Source: a virus (Duplodnaviria; Caudoviricetes). Taken from it: 36,062 nt of DNA. A program made the translations under genes and the position numbers. The stretch is from positions 1 through 36,062 of the IMG/VR virus record IMGVR_UViG_3300023184_000307; one strand, written 5' to 3'. Below are positions 26,492-35,100 of the stretch, in pieces; position 1 is the stretch's first letter; every line of letters starts with the position of its first letter. The notes beneath the pieces are model-generated. The model was not told the DNA's origin. It searched no databases and saw only the letters and a program-made list of their open reading frames with translations.

Positions 26492-27520
26492 ATGGCTGAT
26501 CCAGTACTCTCGCAACAGCAAATATCGCAAACCTCAATCCCTGACTACGCCAAGCCGTACGTCGAGAACCTGCTAGGTAGTGCGCAAAGCTACACTGACC
26601 CTTCACAGAACCCCTACCAGCAGTACATGGGAGAGCGTCAAGCTCAGTTCTCGCCTTTACAGCAGATGTCTTATGACAATGCGGCATTGATGCAGGGTGC
26701 CCCCCAGTTGCAAGATGCAACGGCTATGGCAGGTTCCGCCGGTCTGGGTGCGCTCAATACTGGGTATACATATAACCCTTTCCAAACCAAATCGTTTACA
26801 AGCCCCGGCATGGCCGAGAGCTACATGTCGCCCTACATGAAAAATGTGGTGGAGCGCCAGCAGGCAGATGCACAGCGCCAAGGGGATATTGCAGGGCAGC
26901 TACAGGGTGCGCAGGCGGCTCGTGCAGGCGCGTTTGGTGGTAGTGGTGATTATTTGATGCGCAGTCAAGCGCGGAATAACTTAGCCCGCCAGCAGGGTGA
27001 CATTTTTGCCCAAGGCCAGCAAGCCGCATACACCCAAGGTATGGGGCAGTTCAACCAAGAGCAGGGCGCTACACAAGCGGCGGCTAACCTCAACGCACAA
27101 CAAGGTCAGTTCGGTGCGGGTTTGGGGTTGCAAGGATTGCAGACAGCACTGACAAGCGCAAATGCGTTGGGTAACTTGGGCAACACCCAGTACCAGCAGA
27201 ACATGGGCATCAACCAGATGCAGAATCAGTACGGGTTGCAACAGCAGCAACAGCAACAGAACATTCTGAACAACCAGTATCAGGACTTCCTGAACTACCA
27301 GAACTCGCCATACAAGCAAATGGGCTTCATGTCCGACATCTTACGTGGTCTGCCTTTGACTCAGCAATCTTCAAGCATGTACCAGACACCTCCGTCATTG
27401 GGATCGCAACTGATTGGTGGCGCAACAACTGCGGCAGGTATTGCTATGCGTGCCAAGGGCGGCTCCGTTGGAGAGAAGCCCGCTGGTCTGGCTGATCTGG
27501 CTCTATCAAAAATGGGTTAA
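26492..27520 (+). CDS. Putative ejection/pilot protein, Gln-rich (342 aa)
   Basis: IPDYAKPY, YMSPY, AGAFGGS, poly-Gln, C-terminal RAKGG. Confidence 0.7.
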   Translation: MADPVLSQQQISQTSIPDYAKPYVENLLGSAQSYTDPSQNPYQQYMGERQAQFSPLQQMSYDNAALMQGAPQLQDATAMAGSAGLGALNTGYTYNPFQTKSFTSPGMAESYMSPYMKNVVERQQADAQRQGDIAGQLQGAQAARAGAFGGSGDYLMRSQARNNLARQQGDIFAQGQQAAYTQGMGQFNQEQGATQAAANLNAQQGQFGAGLGLQGLQTALTSANALGNLGNTQYQQNMGINQMQNQYGLQQQQQQQNILNNQYQDFLNYQNSPYKQMGFMSDILRGLPLTQQSSSMYQTPPSLGSQLIGGATTAAGIAMRAKGGSVGEKPAGLADLALSKMG

Positions 27521-27529
27521 GGAAATAAC

Positions 27530-29101
27530 ATGGCAATCGATCAACTTGACCAAAGAGACGTTTCCGCTGACTTGCGCATGATGGACGACAAACAACTGCA
27601 GCAATATGCTGCGATGCACAAATCTGACCCCTATATTTTTCCACTGGCTTTTCAAGAAAGCCGAAACCGCCAAGCCCTGCGTATGGGTAAAACTGCACAG
27701 ATGGCGGGTCAAGTCGCGCCTAAAACAAACGATGCCGCACTGATGGCAATGACACCACAGCCTGTAATGTCTGGTTCGGGTTCGCCTATTCAAACCGGAT
27801 ATGGTGGCCAACTACAAACAGCACCGCCTGAGAGTCAGGGTATCAGCAGACTCCACGCCCCTAACATGGAACGTATGGCTGACGGCGGTATTGCAGGCTT
27901 TGACGAAAGCTCCAACGCACCCATCACAACGCAACGCCTAGACAATATGGGTAACACGGGTGGTATGTTTAACTACGCCCAAGATGGTGGCGGTGTGATG
28001 CGCATGGCGGGTGGTGGTCATATTCCGCGTTATCGTGGCCCCACGGGTGACCCCGAGGATGATGGCAGTGTGGTAGATGAGTTCAAAGGGATTGACGATC
28101 AGATTGCCGCCAACATGGAACGTCAGAAGTTGCTTGGTGCGTTTGACGACTACAGCAGGGCAGAGCCTAAACCCAAGAAGGGTAGCAAGGCTGATAAGAA
28201 GGTAGAAGAACCTGTCAAGAAAACCGAACTACCCGCTATCGTACCGTATACACCTAAAACAGCAGCAGAGGCTCGTGAAGAGGCTAACAAAATAGCCGCG
28301 CCTGATTTGGCTGAAATCCAATCAAACTACAAACCGTTTGCTGAACAGTTTGCACAAGACCGCGAACGGGTTGCAGGGCGTGAAAAGAACATGCTTTCTG
28401 ATGCGCTGATCCGTGCCGGTCTTAAAACAATGGCCGGTAAGTCCCAGTTTGCCGCAGTAAACATTGGTGAAGGTGGCCTTGAAAGTCTGAACGCATACCA
28501 AGAAGCTGAGAAATCCAACGATGCCGCACGCAAATCTATAAATCAGTCTGAGATGCTAATGGGGCAAGCGCGTCGCGCCGAGGAACGTGGTGCCCGGGGT
28601 GAGGCTAACAGCCTCTTTGCTCAAGCTGAAAAGGCACAACAAGCGGCAACTCAGTTTAGCCAACACGCACGACAACTTGCCGGAACTGAAGAGTTCCAGA
28701 AAGAACAAGCCGCGCACTTCAAACGTGCTGATGAGGCTAGTATGTTACAGGCACGGGCGGCCATGTCACGGGCTAATGCTTTGAATACAAATGCTGGCAT
28801 GAAAGGTCAGTTTACCGAAGCGCAAGTTGCAGCGGCACGGGATAAAGCGGCTGATAATATTACAAACGATAAAGCCTATTTATATAACCAGATGTTGGCC
28901 GCAAAAGCCGCTAAAGATGCGGGTAAACCTTTTGATCCTGCGGCATATAAAAAAGCGCTTATTGATGCGGAAACTGAAAGATTGCTTGGTGGTACAAGCC
29001 GAGCTACAATACCAACAGCGACCCCCACCGGCGGTAAACTTGGTGGCGGTACATTCGATCCCACACGTTGGGGTAACGTTGAAGTTGTAACACCTAAATA
29101 G
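27530..29101 (+). CDS. Putative ejection protein, helical (523 aa)
   Basis: SD AAGGA; MADGG and MAGGG motifs; coiled-coil composition. Confidence 0.7.
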   Translation: MAIDQLDQRDVSADLRMMDDKQLQQYAAMHKSDPYIFPLAFQESRNRQALRMGKTAQMAGQVAPKTNDAALMAMTPQPVMSGSGSPIQTGYGGQLQTAPPESQGISRLHAPNMERMADGGIAGFDESSNAPITTQRLDNMGNTGGMFNYAQDGGGVMRMAGGGHIPRYRGPTGDPEDDGSVVDEFKGIDDQIAANMERQKLLGAFDDYSRAEPKPKKGSKADKKVEEPVKKTELPAIVPYTPKTAAEAREEANKIAAPDLAEIQSNYKPFAEQFAQDRERVAGREKNMLSDALIRAGLKTMAGKSQFAAVNIGEGGLESLNAYQEAEKSNDAARKSINQSEMLMGQARRAEERGARGEANSLFAQAEKAQQAATQFSQHARQLAGTEEFQKEQAAHFKRADEASMLQARAAMSRANALNTNAGMKGQFTEAQVAAARDKAADNITNDKAYLYNQMLAAKAAKDAGKPFDPAAYKKALIDAETERLLGGTSRATIPTATPTGGKLGGGTFDPTRWGNVEVVTPK

Positions 29102-29103
29102 CC

Positions 29104-32100
29104 ATGCCACTCTACCGCATCAAAGCCCCTAACGGATTAACTTACCAAATTGAGGGGCCAGAAGGTGCGTCTCAAGAGGAAGTGGCAATGGCTGTCATGG
29201 CCAAGAATCCTGATTCGGGTAAGCCATTTAAAGAAGCTGATTTCTCTTTTGGTGATACAGCGTTATCAGGATTGCAAAGTGCTATTGGCGCAACCAAATC
29301 CACCCTACAAGGTTTTGGCGCTGAAGCCCCCGGAGTAGAAACGCTTAGCAACCTACAAAAAGGTTTAGGCCAACTCTACACTCCTGAACGTCAAGCTGAA
29401 ATGGCAAGGCGTGATGCGCTTGAGAAAGCCGCCGCTAAGTCTGGTAGCACGTTAGAAGAAATTAAAGCCGCTGGCGCGGGTGTTACTGAAGCCCCCATCC
29501 AAGCCACTGCGTCTGCAGTTGGTTCATCTGCCCCCACTGTTGCGTTAGCTATGGGTGCGGCTGCTTTAGCAGTACCGGCAGCGGCGGCGCTTGGTTTGGT
29601 TGGTGCCCCCGCCCTTGCATTTGCAGCGGCTGTTGGTATTGGCGCAAAGTACGCCCTTGGTGCGCTACAAGGCGCGGGTTCCGTCAAAGGTTCCATTTAC
29701 GATGCAGTCAAAGAAGACATCACCAAACAATATCCAGACCTTTCAAAAGAAGAAGTTTCTAAGATTGCGTTAGAAGCCCAAAACTTCACAGGCAAAAACT
29801 GGGACAACATCGTGGCTGGTATGGGGGTCGGTGCTTGGGCTGGCGGCACGGGCATGGAAAAAGAACTCCTAAAGAAACTGTCTAAACCTATTGCAGAAGC
29901 TGCCGCAAAGAAAACCGGTGAAGAAGTAGCCAAGAAAGGCATCATTGCCGCCACCGGACGTGGCACTATGGCGGGTTTAAAAGAAGCTGTTCCAGAAGCT
30001 ATCCAAGGTGCTCAAGAGAAGTTTGCCACCAATGTGGCTGAAACCCGTGCGGGATTTGAAACCCCTGCAATGGAAGGCGTACTTGGTCAGGGTACTAAAG
30101 AAGGCATGATGGGTTTCCTTGGCGGTGCAGGTGTGCACCCCTTTACAGGAACCGAAGGCGCACCAGCGCAAACTACACCTACAGGTCAGCCCGGCCAACC
30201 CACACCTACAGAGTTGGAAGCGTTGGTTCAGCAACGTAGACAAGAGCGTCAGCAAGAGCAGATGGGTGTCAAGCAAGGCCGCGAAGCCCGTGAGGGTGAG
30301 AAGATACTTGATGCAGAAGCCAAAGCCGAAGCTGACCAACAACAGGTCGCCCGTGTGGAAGCTGAGAAAGCCGCCGCTACAGAACTGCAAACGTTGCGTG
30401 CACAGCGTCAAGCTGAACTGGAGCAGACGTTCCCCAAAGATTACAGCGATGTAATGCAGAAGACGGATGCGTACGCAGAGTTGTTCCAAGAGAAGCAGGC
30501 GTTGACGGGTCAGACGCAGACCAAAGAAGTTAAAGCACGCATTAAAACCATCGATGGTTTGATACAAGGCATCATTGAGGAAGACACCCGCGTACCCAAT
30601 GAATTCAAGCGGATGCAGGCTGAGAACGCCAAGGTAATTAAGAACCTACCACCTGACCTGCAAGCCAAGTATGCGGCTACTGCGTTCACCGTACCCGAAC
30701 CACAGCAGATGGAAATCCGTGCGGCTACGGTTGAGCAAACCCCCGTACAACAAACAGACTTGCTGGGCAATCCCATCCAGCAAGAAGCACCCGCACCAGC
30801 TACGCCTGATAAGTTTAAAACTGTGCAGACAGCAGCAGAAGCGCAAGCTGCCTTGGACTTACAGAACAGACGCGATGCACGCGCTGGTCAAGCCGAACGC
30901 AACGCCGCCAAAGATGCAGGGCAACTTGGTTTGTTTACGCGAGTGGGCACGCCAACTGAGGAAGCCGCGGTTGCTGAACCAAAGATTATTGTAAAGAAGC
31001 CACCAGTTACCGAACCTACGGTGCGGGTAAAACCCACCCCTGAGACAGTAGCTCCCGTTATTACCGCCGACACGCTTGGTGTATTGGGTATTGGCCCCAC
31101 GGCTGTGATGCGCAAGCCCGGCCATGCCATTCAAGGTTTGGACATTACCAAACCAGATGACGCGGCTGAAGTTAGGAACATGCTGACTATCTATAAAGAA
31201 GGTCGTAGCCCTGCAATCACGCAAAAGATTGATACGTTCCTTGCACGCCCTGAGTTCCAAGCATTGCCAGCACCTGCACCAAAGGTTGAAGCCGCGCCTA
31301 CACCCGCGCCTGTTGTTGCGCCCGTTGTAAAGGCTCCTACTAAAACCACAGGCCAATCTGCTGAAAAGAAAGCGGCTAACAAGGCGGCACAACCATCAGC
31401 AAGGAAGGCCAAAGATGAAACTGCAAAACCAACTGCTGAGCCTATTGTTGCGCCTGCCGTTACCAAAGCAGTGGAAGCACCGCCTGCTCCTGCGCCTATT
31501 AAAGTTGTAAAGAAAACAGAACCCAAGAAGGTTGAACCCAAGAAGGTTGAACCCAAGAAGGTTGAACCCAAGAAGCTTGAAGCACCAAAGGTTGAGCCTA
31601 AGAAAGAAGAACCAAAGGTTGACAAAGCGCTTGATAAGGCACGTGAGACTGTTGACGATCTTGACCTCGATCCCGAAGTAACCAAAACCAAAGTTAAAGC
31701 ATTTGCTAAGCGTTTGCACAAAGCGGGTTTGATTGACGACATCAGCCTCAATGCGGTTGAAAGCATATCCAAAGACAAGGATATGGGCTACGAAGATGTG
31801 TTGGATGAGATCAGGTTTGCACTTGACGCTTATGAACGTCAGCAAAATAAAGCACCTGAAACTAAACCCGAACCCAAAAAAGTCGCAGACGAAAGCAACA
31901 TCATTGAGGGTGAGACACGGGTAATCCCTGATAGCGAACAGAAGTTGTTAGAAGGCCCCGTCAGCCGCTTGCAAGATGACCAAGTTGAAGAACTTGAAGA
32001 TTTCTATGGCGTCAAGAAAGACAGCCCAGAGTTTTGGAAAAAGCTACGTGCTGATGTAGCCAAGTCAATCAACGAAGGCTCTAAGGCTGTAGCCAAAGCT

Positions 32101-35100
32101 ATCCGTGAGATTGTTAACCAGATTGCATCTGGCGTGCTTGCGGCTGGTTTAATCTTCAACCCTACTGGGTTAAGCAATCAGTACAACATCAATCTACCAA
32201 AGACGTTTCAACAAACGATTGCGATAACTGCGCCTGTACCTGAAGCCGCTAAATCTAAAATGTCACCTCTTGCACAGGGTGTGTATGAGGCTATGGCGCC
32301 TGTTGCTATGAAGTCTGGCAAGTGGTTTATGGTTGCCGACAAGCCAAACGGAATGTTGCACATTTTTAAAGAAGATGGCTCTCACTTTATATCTGATGCT
32401 ACGTTGTACGGCAAAGATAAGGGTGATGTGATGGAGGCTAAGTCATCGCTTGAGGGTGGCGCAAAGATTACCCCTGCCGGTAAGTTTACGATGAAAGAAT
32501 CCCCTGCTGACTACGCAGGTAAGACTTCGTTGATCTTGGTTGAATCCAAAGACTACTCAGGGTATATCGCTGTTCATGCCGCAGATGTCAGCACGCCGTC
32601 AGAGCGCAGGCTTGCACGTTTGGAAACCCCAACAGCAGAAGATAACCGTATCAGTTATGGCTGTATCAACACCAAGCATGAAACGTTTATCAATCAAATT
32701 AAACCCCACATCAATGAGCTTGATGGTGGTCTGATCTTTGTGTTGCCTGATGCAACTGAAACTACGGCTGGAATGTTTGCGCCTGAGACAGAGGTTGTTG
32801 AACGCACTGAAACCCCTGCCACTGCCAAAGCAGAAACAGGACGGGATGTTGCCAAAAAAGAAGAAAGAATTGAAGGCACTGAAGGCCCAACACGCGCACG
32901 TATTACAGACGATCAAAACCCTGTTGATAATCCTATCTCCCATACTGAGCTTGAAGGTATCGTTGCCGATGTAAAGAAAGCTTTGGGTGGTGAAGTTGAA
33001 GTAACTATCCTTGACAGTGCTAAAGACCTTGACTCCAAAGCACCCGCAGGTGCAGCAGGTTTGGTAAAAGATGGCAGTGTGTATCTGTTTAGAGACGGCA
33101 TCAAGTCTGGTATTGAAGGTGCTAAGACTGTCTTCCACGAACTGTTCCACCTTGGTTTGCAGAAGCTCTTGACTAACCCCAAGGAATACCACAGGGTTAT
33201 GGTCAGCCTGTACCAGATGAACGCCAAAGTGCGTGAAATGGCAGACACGTGGATTCGTTCACAAGAAGGTCAGGATGCTAAAGCTGCGTACGCAAAAGAG
33301 TACGCTAACCCACGGGATCAACTGAACGCATTAACTGCCCACGGTACAGACGAAGCACTTGCACGTATCGCTGAAGAATTAAAGACAGGCAAGAAGATTG
33401 GCACAGGCCAGCGTGCGTTTGTACGTTCGGTTGCAGGGTGGTTAGCCAATGTTGCTGAAGCTATTGGTATGCGTCAAGTAGCCCAGAGCATCCGGTCTGC
33501 TACCTACACAGAGGTTGAAAAGTTTGTACAAGAAGCCATGACTGCCGCAGTTGGTGCTGGCCCTGTAAACATGCGCTTGACACGTCGCTTTGCGCAAGCA
33601 ACAGCTACCGCATCAGATGCGTTTAAGAAATGGTTTGGTAATAGCCAAGTTGTAGATAAAAATGGTAAGCCGCTGGTTGTGTACCACGGTATGGTTAACG
33701 AAATGGAAGGGGGAGAATTCCGTACTTCTTCTTATGGAACTCTTGGGGCGGGTATTTACTTTACATCTAAACCTGATGCAGCAAGTAACTTTGCTATGGG
33801 TGTTAGAGGCGGTGTAAACGAACCAAAACTACAAGGTAATGTTTTACCTGTTTATTTACAAATGGAAACCCCATTTGATAATGAATTTTTTGTTGGAAAT
33901 AAAGATTGGCAAAATTGGGCAGCTTCGATTGTTAAGCGTAACTCTCCATACGAAAGCGACATGCTGGGTTGGGGCGGCCCTAGGGAATATGAAGCCGCTA
34001 AAAAATTACTTAAAAAGTTAGATGCAAACACTGCGACACTTAACGACGTTTTGTTCGTAGAAAAAGATGTGGAGTCACCTTGGGGTAGGGAAATACTCAA
34101 ACAAATTAAACAACATGGCGCGTTTGATGGGGTTATTCTTAAAAATTCATCTAAAGGATTTGATGAATATGTTGTGTTCAAACCCACCCAAGTTAAATCT
34201 GCTACCGGTAATGTAGGCACATACGACAGCAAAAACCCTGACATCCGTTACTCCGTTCGTGGTGGCATCGATGAGAACACCCGCCGTGCGGTACAGGCTA
34301 TTCAGGATAAGACGCCTGCAAAGTATAAAGAGCCAGAGAAGAAGACGCTGGTTCAGCAACTTAAGAGCGTAAGCGAAGTTGAGACACGTGATAAAGCCAA
34401 GCTACTTGCACGCCAGAAGACCGCTGACAAGTTTGCAACAGTCAGTGCCAAAGTCAACCAGCTATTTTCTAAAGGTTACAAGAACGCTTTTGGTGATCTG
34501 AACCCTATGGTGCTGGCACGCCAAGCAGAAGAAGCCCGTAAGTTAGTGCTTGATTTCTTTAAAGCTGGAGGCATTAAGTTCAATAAGAGTGGCCTGATTG
34601 AAACTGTTGATACCAAAGACTCATTGCAACATGCAGTGGAACAGTTGGTTGATTTGGCCGCTAAGAATGACATGACCTATAAGGACGCTGAGTCCTATGT
34701 ATCTTCTTTGTTGGAAGGCCACCGCCTGCACAACATGCGCGAAGAACATGACAAGCCCTTAGAAGCATCTGCCCTGATCCTTGAACAACAAGGTAAGAAT
34801 AAAGAAGCGGATGCTGAACGCAAGAAAAAGTTGGCACGCCACATGGACAACGCCGACATTGATACGTTGGAAGCCGCCTTCCAAAAGTCACCTGAGATCA
34901 AGGCTATCCTTGACACGCTTAATGCAACACGCACACAAGCAATTGATTTGATGGTTGCGGCTGGTCGGATTACCAAAGAACAGGGTCAGTTCTGGAAAGA
35001 TAACTCTGCGTATGTACCGTTTGACCGCGTGTTTGTGGAATCTGAAACACCTATAAAGGGTCGTGGCTCCTATGGTATTGCAACTCTACGCAATCTTCCC

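Noticed and set aside
25223-31578. CRISPR array or diversity-generating retroelement repeats
   Set aside because: The repeats are spacer-less coding tandems; no cas gene, reverse transcriptase or template/variable repeat pair was seen.
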